Translations under genes and position numbers: made by a program
Source: Octopus sinensis
Taxonomy: Eukaryota
Direction: 5' to 3'
Assembly: GCF_006345805.1 (NCBI RefSeq)
Contig: NC_043014.1
Span: forward strand, 52,638,001-52,702,000
DNA: 64,000 nucleotides
The notes under the pieces: generated by a model
Seen by the model: the letters and a program-made list of their open reading frames with translations, nothing else
What the model was told of the DNA's origin: nothing
Databases searched by the model: none
Part shown: positions 41,801 to 57,049 of the stretch, in pieces
Layout: each line of letters starts with the position of its first letter
Position numbering within the stretch: the stretch's first letter is position 1

Positions 41801-44800
41801 AAGACAAAAATGAGATCTCACCTGCAACCATTGCCATACACAAGACAAAAATGAGATCTCACCTGCAACCATTGCCATACACAAGACAAAAATGAGATCT
41901 CACCTGCAACCATTGCCATACACAAGACAAAAATGAGATCTCACCTGCAACCATTGCCATACACAAGACAAAAATGAGATCTCACCTGCAACCATTGCCA
42001 TACACAAGACAAAAATGAGATCTCACCTGCAACCATTGCCATACACAAGACAAAAATGAGATCTCACCTGCAACCATTGCCATACACAAGACAAAAATGA
42101 GATCTCACCTGCAACCATTGCCATACACAAGACAAAAATGAGATCTCACCTGCAACCATTGCCATACACAAGACAAAAATGAGATCTCACCTGCAACCAT
42201 TGCCATACACAAGACAAAAATGAGATCTCACCTGCAACCATTGCCATACACAAGACAAAAATGAGATCTCACCTGCAACCATTGCCATACACAAGACAAA
42301 AATGAGATCTCACCTGCAACCATTGCCATACACAAGACAAAAATGAGATCTCACCTGCAACCATTGCCATACACAAGACAAAAATGAGATCTCACCTGCA
42401 ACCATTGCCATACACAAGACAAAAATGAGATCTCACCTGCAACCATTGCCATACACAAGACAAAAATGAGATCTCACCTGCAACCATTGCCATACACAAG
42501 ACAAAAATGAGATCTCACCTGCAACCATTGCCATACACAAGACAAAAATGAGATCTCACCTGCAACCATTGCCATACACAAGACAAAAATGAGATCTCAC
42601 CTGCAACCATTGCCATACACAAGACAAAAATGAGATCTCACCTGCAACCATTGCCATACACAAGACAAAAATGAGATCTCACCTGCAACCATTGCCATAC
42701 ACAAGACAAAAATGAGATCTCACCTGCAACCATTGCCATACACAAGACAAAAATGAGATCTCACCTGCAACCATTGCCATACACAAGACAAAAATGAGAT
42801 CTCACCTGCAACCATTGCCATACACAAGACAAAAATGAGATCTCACCTGCAACCATTGCCATACACAAGACAAAAATGAGATCTCACCTGCAACCATTGC
42901 CATACACAAGACAAAAATGAGATCTCACCTGCAACCATTGCCATACACAAGACAAAAATGAGATCTCACCTGCAACCATTGCCATACACAAGACAAAAAT
43001 GAGATCTCACCTGCAACCATTGCCATACACAAGACAAAAATGAGATCTCACCTGCAACCATTGCCATACACAAGACAAAAATGAGATCTCACCTGCAACC
43101 ATTGCCATACACAAGACAAAAATGAGATCTCACCTGCAACCATTGCCATACACAAGACAAAAATGAGATCTCACCTGCAACCATTGCCATACACAAGACA
43201 AAAATGAGATCTCACCTGCAACCATTGCCATACACAAGACAAAAATGAGATCTCACCTGCAACCATTGACATACACAAGACAAAAATGAGATCTCACCTG
43301 CAACCATTGCCATACACAAGACAAAAATGAGATCTCACCTGCAACCATTGCCATACACAAGACAAAAATGAGATCTCACCTGCAACCATTGCCATACACA
43401 AGACAAAAATGAGATCTCACCTGCAACCATTGCCATACACAAGACAAAAATGAGATCTCACCTGCAACCATTGCCATACACAAGACAAAAATGAGATCTC
43501 ACCTGCAACCATTGCCATACACAAGACAAAAATGAGATCTCACCTGCAACCATTGCCATACACAAGACAAAAATGAGATCTCACCTGCAACCATTGCCAT
43601 ACACAAGACAAAAATGAGATCTCACCTGCAACCATTGCCATACACAAGACAAAAATGAGATCTCACCTGCAACCATTGCCATACACAAGACAAAAATGAG
43701 ATCTCACCTGCAACCATTGCCATACACAAGACAAAAATGAGATCTCACCTGCAACCATTGACATACACAAGACAAAAATGAGATCTCACCTGCAACCATT
43801 GCCATACACAAGACAAAAATGAGATCTCACCTGCAACCATTGCCATACACAAGACAAAAATGAGATCTCACCTGCAACCATTGCCATACACAAGACAAAA
43901 ATGAGATCTCACCTGCAACCATTGCCATACACAAGACAAAAATGAGATCTCACCTGCAACCATTGCCATACACAAGACAAAAATGAGATCTCACCTGCAA
44001 CCATTGCCATACACAAGACAAAAATGAGATCTCACCTGCAACCATTGCCATACACAAGACAAAAATGAGATCTCACCTGCAACCATTGCCATACACAAGA
44101 CAAAAATGAGATCTCACCTGCAACCATTGCCATACACAAGACAAAAATGAGATCTCACCTGCAACCATTGCCATACACAAGACAAAAATGAGATCTCACC
44201 TGCAACCATTGCCATACACAAGACAAAAATGAGATCTCACCTGCAACCATTGCCATACACAAGACAAAAATGAGATCTCACCTGCAACCATTGCCATACA
44301 CAAGACAAAAATGAGATCTCACCTGCAACCATTGCCATACACAAGACAAAAATGAGATCTCACCTGCAACCATTGCCATACACAAGACAAAAATGAGATC
44401 TCACCTGCAACCATTGCCATACACAAGACAAAAATGAGATCTCACCTGCAACCATTGCCATACACAAGACAAAAATGAGATCTCACCTGCAACCATTGCC
44501 ATACACAAGACAAAAATGAGATCTCACCTGCAACCATTGCCATACACAAGACAAAAATGAGATCTCACCTGCAACCATTGCCATACACAAGACAAAAATG
44601 AGATCTCACCTGCAACCATTGCCATACACAAGACAAAAATGAGATCTCACCTGCAACCATTGCCATACACAAGACAAAAATGAGATCTCACCTGCAACCA
44701 TTGCCATACACAAGACAAAAATGAGATCTCACCTGCAACCATTGCCATACACAAGACAAAAATGAGATCTCACCTGCAACCATTGCCATACACAAGACAA

Positions 44801-47800
44801 AAATGAGATCTCACCTGCAACCATTGCCATACACAAGACAAAAATGAGATCTCACCTGCAACCATTGCCATACACAAGACAAAAATGAGATCTCACCTGC
44901 AACCATTGCCATACACAAGACAAAAATGAGATCTCACCTGCAACCATTGCCATACACAAGACAAAAATGAGATCTCACCTGCAACCATTGCCATACACAA
45001 GACAAAAATGAGATCTCACCTGCAACCATTGCCATACACAAGACAAAAATGAGATCTCACCTGCAACCATTGACATACACAAGACAAAAATGAGATCTCA
45101 CCTGCAACCATTGACATACACAAGACAAAAATGAGATCTCACCTGCAACCATTGCCATACACAAGACAAAAATGAGATCTCACCTGCAACCATTGCCATA
45201 CACAAGACAAAAATGAGATCTCACCTGCAACCATTGCCATACACAAGACAAAAATGAGATCTCACCTGCAACCATTGCCATACACAAGACAAAAATGAGA
45301 TCTCACCTGCAACCATTGCCATACACAAGACAAAAATGAGATCTCACCTGCAACCATTGCCATACACAAGACAAAAATGAGATCTCACCTGCAACCATTG
45401 CCATACACAAGACAAAAATGAGATCTCACCTGCAACCATTGCCATACACAAGACAAAAATGAGATCTCACCTGCAACCATTGCCATACACAAGACAAAAA
45501 TGAGATCTCACCTGCAACCATTGCCATACACAAGACAAAAATGAGATCTCACCTGCAACCATTGCCATACACAAGACAAAAATGAGATCTCACCTGCAAC
45601 CATTGCCATACACAAGACAAAAATGAGATCTCACCTGCAACCATTGCCATACACAAGACAAAAATGAGATCTCACCTGCAACCATTGCCATACACAAGAC
45701 AAAAATGAGATCTCACCTGCAACCATTGCCATACACAAGACAAAAATGAGATCTCACCTGCAACCATTGCCATACACAAGACAAAAATGAGATCTCACCT
45801 GCAACCATTGCCATACACAAGACAAAAATGAGATCTCACCTGCAACCATTGCCATACACAAGACAAAAATGAGATCTCACCTGCAACCATTGCCATACAC
45901 AAGACAAAAATGAGATCTCACCTGCAACCATTGCCATACACAAGACAAAAATGAGATCTCACCTGCAACCATTGCCATACACAAGACAAAAATGAGATCT
46001 CACCTGCAACCATTGCCATACACAAGACAAAAATGAGATCTCACCTGCAACCATTGCCATACACAAGACAAAAATGAGATCTCACCTGCAACCATTGACA
46101 TACACAAGACAAAAATGAGATCTCACCTGCAACCATTGACATACACAAGACAAAAATGAGATCTCACCTGCAACCATTGCCATACACAAGACAAAAATGA
46201 GATCTCACCTGCAACCATTGCCATACACAAGACAAAAATGAGATCTCACCTGCAACCATTGCCATACACAAGACAAAAATGAGATCTCACCTGCAACCAT
46301 TGCCATACACAAGACAAAAATGAGATCTCACCTGCAACCATTGCCATACACAAGACAAAAATGAGATCTCACCTGCAACCATTGCCATACACAAGACAAA
46401 AATGAGATCTCACCTGCAACCATTGCCATACACAAGACAAAAATGAGATCTCACCTGCAACCATTGCCATACACAAGACAAAAATGAGATCTCACCTGCA
46501 ACCATTGCCATACACAAGACAAAAATGAGATCTCACCTGCAACCATTGCCATACACAAGACAAAAATGAGATCTCACCTGCAACCATTGCCATACACAAG
46601 ACAAAAATGAGATCTCACCTGCAACCATTGCCATACAAGACAAAAATGAGATCTCACCTGCAACCATTGCCATACACAAGACAAAAATGAGATCTCACCT
46701 GCAACCATTGCCATACACAAGACAAAAATGAGATCTCACCTGCAACCATTGCCATACACAAGACAAAAATGAGATCTCACCTGCAACCATTGCCATACAC
46801 AAGACAAAAATGAGATCTCACCTGCAACCATTGCCATACACAAGACAAAAATGAGATCTCACCTGCAACCATTGCCATACACAAGACAAAAATGAGATCT
46901 CACCTGCAACCATTGCCATACACAAGACAAAAATGAGATCTCACCTGCAACCATTGCCATACACAAGACAAAAATGAGATCTCACCTGCAACCATTGCCA
47001 TACACAAGACAAAAATGAGATCTCACCTGCAACCATTGCCATACACAAGACAAAAATGAGATCTCACCTGCAACCATTGCCATACACAAGACAAAAATGA
47101 GATCTCACCTGCAACCATTGCCATACACAAGACAAAAATGAGATCTCACCTGCAACCATTGCCATACACAAGACAAAAATGAGATCTCACCTGCAACCAT
47201 TGCCATACACAAGACAAAAATGAGATCTCACCTGCAACCATTGCCATACACAAGACAAAAATGAGATCTCACCTGCAACCATTGCCATACACAAGACAAA
47301 AATGAGATCTCACCTGCAACCATTGCCATACACAAGACAAAAATGAGATCTCACCTGCAACCATTGCCATACACAAGACAAAAATGAGATCTCACCTGCA
47401 ACCATTGCCATACACAAGACAAAAATGAGATCTCACCTGCAACCATTGCCATACACAAGACAAAAATGAGATCTCACCTGCAACCATTGCCATACACAAG
47501 ACAAAAATGAGATCTAACCTGCAACCATTGCCATACACAAGACAAAAATGAGATCTCACCTGCAACCATTGCCATACACAAGACAAAAATGAGATCTCAC
47601 CTGCAACCATTGCCATACACAAGACAAAAATGAGATCTCACCTGCAACCATTGCCATACACAAGACAAAAATGAGATCTCGCCTGCAACCATTGCCATAC
47701 ACAAGACAAAAATGAGATCTCACCTGCAACCATTGCCATACACAAGACAAAAATGAGATCTCACCTGCAACCATTGCCATACACAAGACAAAAATGAGAT

Positions 47801-50800
47801 CTCACCTGCAACCATTGCCATACACAAGAAAAAATGAGATCTCACCTGCAACCATTGCCATACACAAGACAAAAATGAGATCTCGCCTGCAACCATTGCC
47901 ATACACAAGACAAAAATGAGATCTCACCGGCAACCATTGCCATACACAAGACAAAAATGAGATCTCACCTGCAACCATTGCCATACACAAGACAAAAATG
48001 AGATCTCACCTGCAACCATTGCCATACACAAGACAAAAATGAGATCTCACCTGCAACCATTGACATACACAAGACAAAAATGAGATCTCACCTGCAACCA
48101 TTGACATACACAAGACAAAAATGAGATCTCACCTGCAACCATTGACATACACAAGACAAAAATGAGATCTCACCTGCAACCATTGCCATACACAAGACAA
48201 AAATGAGATCTCACCTGCAACCATTGACATACACAAGACAAAAATGAGATCTCACCTGCAACCATTGCCATACACAAGACAAAAATGAGATCTCACCTGC
48301 AACCATTGCCATACACAAGACAAAAATGAGATCTCACCTGCAACCATTGCCATACACAAGACAAAAATGAGATCTCACCTGCAACCATTGCCATACACAA
48401 GACAAAAATGAGATCTCACCTGCAACCATTGACATACACAAGACAAAAATGAGATCTCACCTGCAACCATTGCCATACACAAGACAAAAATGAGATCTCA
48501 CCTGCAACCATTGCCATACACAAGACAAAAATGAGATCTCACCTGCAACCATTGCCATACACAAGACAAAAATGAGATCTCACCTGCAACCATTGCCATA
48601 CACAAGACAAAAATGAGATCTCACCTGCAACCATTGCCATACACAAGACAAAAATGAGATCTCACCTGCAACCATTGCCATACACAAGACAAAAATGAGA
48701 TCTCACCTGCAACCATTGCCATACACAAGACAAAAATGAGATCTCACCTGCAACCATTGCCATACGCAAGACAAAAATGAGATCTCACCTGCAACCATTG
48801 CCATACACAAGACAAAAATGAGATCTCACCTGCAACCATTGCCATACACAAGACAAAAATGAGATCTCACCTGCAACCATTGACATACACAAGACAAAAA
48901 TGAGATCTCACCTGCAACCATTGCCATACACAAGACAAAAATGAGATCTCACCTGCAACCATTGACATACACAAGACAAAAATGAGATCTCACCTGCAAC
49001 CATTTCCATACACAAGACAAAAATGAGATCTCACATGCAACCATTGCCATACACAAGACAAAAATGAGATCTCACCTGCAACCATTGCCATACACAAGAC
49101 AAAAGTGAGATCTCACCTGCAACCATTGACATACAGAAGACAAAAATGAGATCTCACCTGCAACCATTGCCATACACAAGACAAAAGTGAGATCTCACCT
49201 GCAACCATTGCCATACACAAGACAAAAATGAGATCTCACCTGCAACCATTGCCATACACAAGACAAAAATGAGATCTCACCTGCAACCATTGCCATACAC
49301 AAGACAAAAATGAGATCTCACCTGCAACCATTGCCATACACAAGACAAAAATGAGATCTCACCTGCAACCATTGACATACACAAGACAAAAATGAGATCT
49401 CCCCTGCAACCATTCACATACACAAGACAAAAATGAGATCTCACCTGCAACCATTGACATACACAAGACAAAAATGAGATCTCACCTGCAACCATTGACA
49501 TACACAAGACAAAAATGAGATCTCACCTGCAACCATTGACATACACAAGACAAAAATGAGATCTCACCTGCAACCATTGACATACACAAGACAAAAATGA
49601 GATCTCACCTGCAACCATTGCCATACACAAGACAAAAATGATATCTCACCTGCAACCATTGACATACACAAGACAAAAATGAGATCTCACCTGCAACCAT
49701 TGCCATACACAAGACAAAAATGAGATCTCACCTGCAACCATTGCCATACACAAGACAAAAGTGAGATCTCACCTGCAACCATTGCCATACACAAGAAAAA
49801 AATGAGATCTTACCTGCAACCATTGCCATACACAAGACAAAAATGAGATCTCACTGCAACCATTGACATACACAAGACAAAAATGAGATCTCACCTGCAA
49901 CCATTGACATACACAAGACAAAAATGAGATCTCGCCTGCAACCATTGCCATACACAAGACAAAAATGAGATCTCACCTGCAACCATTGCCATACACAAGA
50001 CAAAAATGAGATCTCACCTGCAACCATTGACATACACAAGACAAAAATGAGATCTCACCTGCAACCATTGACATACACAAGACAAAAATGAGATCTCACC
50101 TGCAACCATTGACATACACAAGACAAAAATGAGATCTCACCTGCAACCATTGCCATACACAAGACAAAAATGAGATCTCACCTGCAACCATTGACATACA
50201 CAAGACAAAAATGAGATCTCACCTGCAACCATTGCCATACACAAGACAAAAATGAGATCTCACCTGCAACCATTGCCATACACAAGACAAAAGTGAGATC
50301 TCACCTGCAACCATTGCCATACACAAGACAAAAATGAGATCTCACCTGCAACCATTGCCATACACAAGACAAAAATGAGATCTCACCTGCAACCATTGAC
50401 ATACACAAGACAAAAATGAGATCTCACCTGCAACCATTGCCATACACAAGACAAAAATGAGATCTCACCTGCAACCATTGACATACACAAGACAAAAATG
50501 AGATCTCACCTGCAACCATTGCCATACACAAGACAAAAATGAGATCTAACCTGCAACCATTGCCATACACAAGACAAAAATGAGATCTCACCTGCAACCA
50601 TTGCCATGCACAAGACAAAAATGAGATCTCACCTGCAACCATTGCCATACACAAGACAAAAATGAGATCTCACCTGCAACCATTGCCATACACAAGACAA
50701 AAATGAGATCTCACCTGCAACCATTGACATACACAAGACAAAAATGAGATCTCGCCTGCAACCATTGCCATACACAAGACAAAAATGAGATCTCACCTGC

Positions 50801-53800
50801 AACCATTGACATACACAAGACAAAAATGAGATCTCGCCTGCAACCATTGCCATACACAAGACAAAAATGAGATCTCACCTGCAACCATTGCCATACACAA
50901 GACAAAAATGAGATATCACCTGCAACCATTGACATACACAAGACAAAAATGAGATCTCACCTGCAACCATTGCCATACACAAGACAAAAATGAGATCTCA
51001 CCTGCAACCATTGATATACACAAGACAAAAATGAGATCTCACCTGCAACCATTGCCATACACAAGACAAAAATGAGATCTCACCTGCAACCATTGACATA
51101 CACAAGACAAAAATGAGATCTCACCTGCAACCATTGCCATACACAAGACAAAAATGAGATCTCACCTGCAACCATTGACATACACAAGACAAAAATGAGA
51201 TCTCACCTGCAACCATTGCCATACACAAGACAAAAATGAGATCTCACCTGCAACCATTGCCATACACAAGACAAAAATGAGATCTCACCTGCAACCATTG
51301 CCATACACAAGACAAAAATGAGATCTCACCTGCAACCATTGACATACACAAGACAAAAATGAGATCTCACCTGCAACCATTGACATACACAAGACAAAAA
51401 TGAGATCTCACCTGCAACCATTGACATACACAAGACAAAAATGAGATCTCACCTGCAACCATTGACATACACAAGACAAAAATGAGATCTCACCTGCAAC
51501 CATTGCCATACACAAGACAAAAATGAGATCTCACCTGCAACCATTGACATACACAAGACAAAAATGAGATCTCACCTGCAACCATTGCCATACACAAGAC
51601 AAAAATGAGATCTCACCTGCAACCATTGCCATACACAAGACAAAAATGAGATCTCACCTGCAACCATTGACATACACAAGACAAAAATGAGATCTCACCT
51701 GCAACCATTGCCATATACAAGACAAAAATGAGATCTCACCTGCAACCATTGCCATACACAAGACAAAAATGAGATCTCACCTGCAACCATTGCCATACGC
51801 AAGACAAAAATCAGATCTCACCTGCAACCATTGCCATACACAAGACAAAAATGAGATCTCACCTGCAACCATTGCCATATACAAGACACAAATGAGATCT
51901 CACCTGCAACCATTGCCATGCACAAGACAAAAATGAGATCTCACCTACAACCATTGCCATACACAAGACAAAAATGAGATCTCACCTGCAACCATTGCCA
52001 TACACAAGACAAAAATGAGATCTCACCTGCAACCATTGCCATACACAAGACAAAAATGAGATCTCACCTGCAACCATTGCCATACACAAGACAAAAATGA
52101 GATCTCACCTGCAACCATTGCCATACACAAGACAAAAATGAGATCTCACCTGCAACCATTGACATACACAAGACAAAAATGAGATCTCACCTGCAACCAT
52201 TGCCATACACAAGACAAAAATGAGATCTCACCTGCAACCATTGACATACACAAGACAAAAATGAGATCTCACCTGCAACCATTGCCATACACAAGACAAA
52301 AGTGAGATCTCACCTGCAACCATTGCCATACACAAGACAAAAATGAGATCTCACCTGCAACCATTGCCATACACAAGACAAAAGTGAGATCTCACCTGCA
52401 ACCATTGACATACAGAAGACAAAAATGAGATCTCACCTACAACCATTGCCATACACAAGACAAAAGTGAGATCTCACCTGCAACCATTGCCATACACAAG
52501 ACAAAAATGAGATCTCACCTGCAACCATTGCCATACACAAGACAAAAATGAGATCTCACCTGCAACCATTGCCATACACAAGACAAAAATGAGATCTCAC
52601 CTGCAACCATTGCCATACACAAGACAAAAATGAGATCTCACCTGCAACCATTGACATACACAAGACAAAAATGAGATCTCCCCTGCAACCATTCACATAC
52701 ACAAGACAAAAATGAGATCTCACCTGCAACCATTGACATACACAAGACAAAAATGAGATCTCACCTGCAACCATTGACATACACAAGACAAAAATGAGAT
52801 CTCACCTGCAACCATTGACATACACAAGACAAAAATGAGATCTCACCTGCAACCATTGACATACACAAGACAAAAATGAGATCTCACCTGCAACCATTGC
52901 CATACACAAGACAAAAATGATATCTCACCTGCAACCATTGACATACACAAGACAAAAATGAGATCTCACCTGCAACCATTGCCATACACAAGACAAAAAT
53001 GAGATCTCACCTGCAACCATTGCCATACACAAGACAAAAGTGAGATCTCACCTGCAACCATTGCCATACACAAGAAAAAAATGAGATCTTACCTGCAACC
53101 ATTGCCATACACAAGACAAAAATGAGATCTCACTTGCAACCATTGACATACACAAGACAAAAATGAGATCTCACCTGCAACCATTGACATACACAAGACA
53201 AAAATGAGATCTCACCTGCAACCATTGCCATACACAAGACAAAAATGAGATCTCACCTGCAACCATTGCCATACACAAGACAAAAATGAGATCTCACCTG
53301 CAACCATTGACATACACAAGACAAAAATGAGATCTCACCTGCAACCATTGACATACACAAGACAAAAATGAGATCTCACCTGCAACCATTGACATACACA
53401 AGACAAAAATGAGATCTCACCTGCAACCATTGCCATACACAAGACAAAAATGAGATCTCACCTGCAACCATTGACATACACAAGACAAAAATGAGATCTC
53501 ACCTGCAACCATTGCCATACACAAGACAAAAATGAGATCTCACCTGCAACCATTGCCATACACAAGACAAAATGAGATCTCACCTGCAACCATTGCCATA
53601 CACAAGACAAAAATGAGATCTCACCTGCAACCATTGCCATACACAAGACAAAAATGAGATCTCACCTGCAACCATTGACATACACAAGACAAAAATGAGA
53701 TCTCACCTGCAACCATTGCCATACACAAGACAAAAATGAGATCTCACCTGCAACCATTGACATACACAAGACAAAAATGAGATCTCACCTGCAACCATTG

Positions 53801-55726
53801 CCATACACAAGACAAAAATGAGATCTCACCTGCAACCATTGACATACACAAGACAAAAATGAGATCTCACCTGCAACCATTGCCATACACAAGACAAAAA
53901 TGAGATCTCACCTGCAACCATTGCCATACACAAGACAAAAATGAGATCTCACCTGCAACCATTGCCATACACAAGACAAAAATGAGATCTCACCTGCAAC
54001 CATTGCCATACACAAGACAAAAATGAGATCTCACCTGCAACCATTGCCATACACAAGACAAAAATGAGATCTCACCTGCAACCATTGACATACACAAGAC
54101 AAAAATGAGATCTCGCCTGCAACCATTGCCATACACAAGACAAAAATGAGATCTCACCTGCAACCATTGACATACACAAGACAAAAATGAGATCTCGCCT
54201 GCAACCATTGCCATACACAAGACAAAAATGAGATCTCACCTGCAACCATTGCCATACACAAGACAGAAATGAGATATCACCTGCAACCATTGACATACAC
54301 AAGACAAAAATGAGATCTCACCTGCAACCATTGCCATACACAAGACAAAAATGAGATCTCACCTGCAACCATTGATATACACAAGACAAAAATGAGATCT
54401 CACCTGCAACCATTGCCATACACAAGACAAAAATGAGATCTCACCTGCAACCATTGACATACACAAGACAAAAATGAGATCTCACCTGCAACCATTGCCA
54501 TACACAAGACAAAAATGAGATCTCACCTGCAACCATTGACATACACAAGACAAAAATGAGATCTCACCTGCAACCATTGCCATACACAAGACAAAAATGA
54601 GATCTCACCTGCAACCATTGCCATACACAAGACAAAAATGAGATCTCGCCTGCAACCATTGCCATACACAAGACAAAAATTAGATCTCACCTGCAACCAT
54701 TGACATACACAAGACAAAAATGAGATCTCACCTGCAACCATTGACATACACAAGACAAAAATGAGATCTCACCTGCAACCATTGACATACACAAGACAAA
54801 AATGAGATCTCACCTGCAACCATTGACATACACAAGACAAAAATGAGATCTCACCTGCAACCATTGCCATACACAAGACAAAAATGAGATCTCACCTGCA
54901 ACCATTGACATACACAAGACAAAAATGAGATCTCACCTGCAACCATTGCCATACACAAGACAAAAATGAGATCTCACCTGCAACCATTGCCATACACAAG
55001 ACAAAAATGAGATCTCACCTGCAACCATTGACATACACAAGACAAAAATGAGATCTCACCTGCAACCATTGACATACACAAGACAAAACTGAGATCTCAC
55101 CTGCAACCATTGACATACACAAGACAAAAATGAGATCTCACCTGCAACCATTGACATACACAAGACAAAAATGAGATCTCACCTGCAACCATTGCCATAC
55201 ACAAGACAAAAATGAGATCTCACCTGCAACCATTGCCATACACAAGACAAAAATTAGATCTCACCTGCAACCATTGCCATACACAAGACAAAAATGAGAT
55301 CTCACCTGCAACCATTGACATACACAAGACAAAAATGAGATCTCACCTGCAACCATTGCCATACACAAGACAAAAATGAGATCTCACCTGCAACCATTGA
55401 CATACACAAGACAAAAATGAGATCTCACCTGCAACCATTGCCATACACAAGACAAAAGTGAGATCTCACCTGCAACCATTGACATACACAAGACAAAAAT
55501 GAGATCTCACCTGCAACCATTGCCATACACAAGACAAAAGTGAGATCTCACCTGCAACCATTGCCATACACAAGACAAAAATGAGATCTCACCTGCAACC
55601 ATTGACATACACAAGACAAAAATGAGATCTCACCTGCAACCATTGCCATACACAAGACAAAAATGAGATCTCACCTGCAACCATTGCCATACACAAGACA
55701 AAAATGAGATCTCACCTGCAACCATT
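14884..55726. repeat. 41-bp satellite array, ~40.8 kb, ~996 monomers
   Basis: Consensus gagatctcacctgcaaccattgccatacacaagacaaaaat, head-to-tail and uninterrupted. Main variants: ttgCc/ttgAc, ataCAc/ataCGc, 1-A deletion. Both junctions are inside the window. Confidence 0.99.
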
Positions 55727-57049
55727 ATTTAAGGAAAAGACAACAACATTTTCCTTCTCATACTTCTCACGCTGACACTACCAAGACTTCGAAGCCAGGA
55801 CTTTTGTCTTGCCGTGATACCACATGCATTGTCTCTAGAGGCAACTGAACCTCACGTGTATGGGAGAGAAGGCTAACTATGCACTGCTGTGAAGATGGTT
55901 ACTGAAAGCAAACCCTTTGTACGAAGCATCTGTGAATAAACGGTGTATTGAATTTACTCCGCCTGAGAACTTCATTCTTTGTATCTCCAGTTCTTTGAAT
56001 CAACAGAATAATTATGATAGAAGATACCCCAAAAGTATCCTAAAACCCTTCCTTCCATTATATGGTAATTTACTTGAATTTACCTATGTATAACATCATA
56101 AATTATGACTCTGATAGAATCTTTTATTATTTTTGTTCCTGTCCTCCAATTTTCATGTCTCCTTCAATATCTCCTTTTTCTTTTTTTTACCAAACTACTA
56201 TCAGATTTGTTTTTATCATCGCAGATTATAATTACGCAAATTTAATTTCTCCCAAATTCAGTTATTTGACAGATTTTCATTAAAAAGCAATGAAATTCTG
56301 CGTGAAATACATTATTACATCAATATACCAAATTTGAACATTTTCACTTAATTTAAAAATTTCAAAAAGTGAAGGGAAACAGAAAAGGTCCAAGCCGGGT
56401 TTTTCTTTTTTTCAAATAAATTCACGAGCGAAATACGTGGGCAGAACTAATGTACATTCAAATAAAAACAGCATTTGTGTCACCTACTTTTACTTTTTCT
56501 TATTTTAAATATTTGTCATGTTTAACAAAAGGCACCAATCTTCCATTGTTACGTTGTATCACAAACACATTACTTACGTAAAATAGTTTAAACACTTTCT
56601 ACGTATTTCCTCTTCAATAACTATGAACCACTTTCTTTATATTATGTACTAAGTTATATTACAGAAGATCTCTAACCACCAAGCTCCTTGCTTCATGTTA
56701 TTGCATTCAATTATTTCCATGAAGACATTTAATCACTAACGATGCTGGCGATGTAAAAAATATATGAAAACTGAAATATATTAATATTTGGTCCCTCTTG
56801 TCTTCACATGCAGCCAGCCAAACTACTGGGAAATTCCAACGAAGTGTTAATTATCAAAGCCCGCACACTTAACCTCCATTCATGCACATATAACTAATTG
56901 AAGTACGTGTAGTGTACATTTGTAACGAGTTTTGACATGGTCAGTTACTGTAGCAGTTCAATACTGTTTAGAACGAACAAATAATACTTTTTAAATGTAC
57001 CAGTTTCACTTTCTCAAACTAACAAGTGTGGACGGGTCAATAGATTCTG

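Noticed and set aside
22393-54753. The many 62-76 aa MCMAMVAGEISF... ORFs
   Set aside because: These are translations of the satellite wherever an indel or substitution skips the single TGA.
14884-55726. CRISPR array (regular short repeats with an internal palindrome)
   Set aside because: There are no unique spacers; the whole 41-bp unit repeats. No cas genes are present and the context is eukaryotic.
14884-55726. Giant multiheme cytochrome (CNHCH = CxxCH every 41 codons on the plus strand if TGA were read through)
   Set aside because: It needs a non-standard code, the common gac variant puts a stop inside the motif, indels are tolerated, and there is no start or export context. Coincidence of a non-coding satellite.
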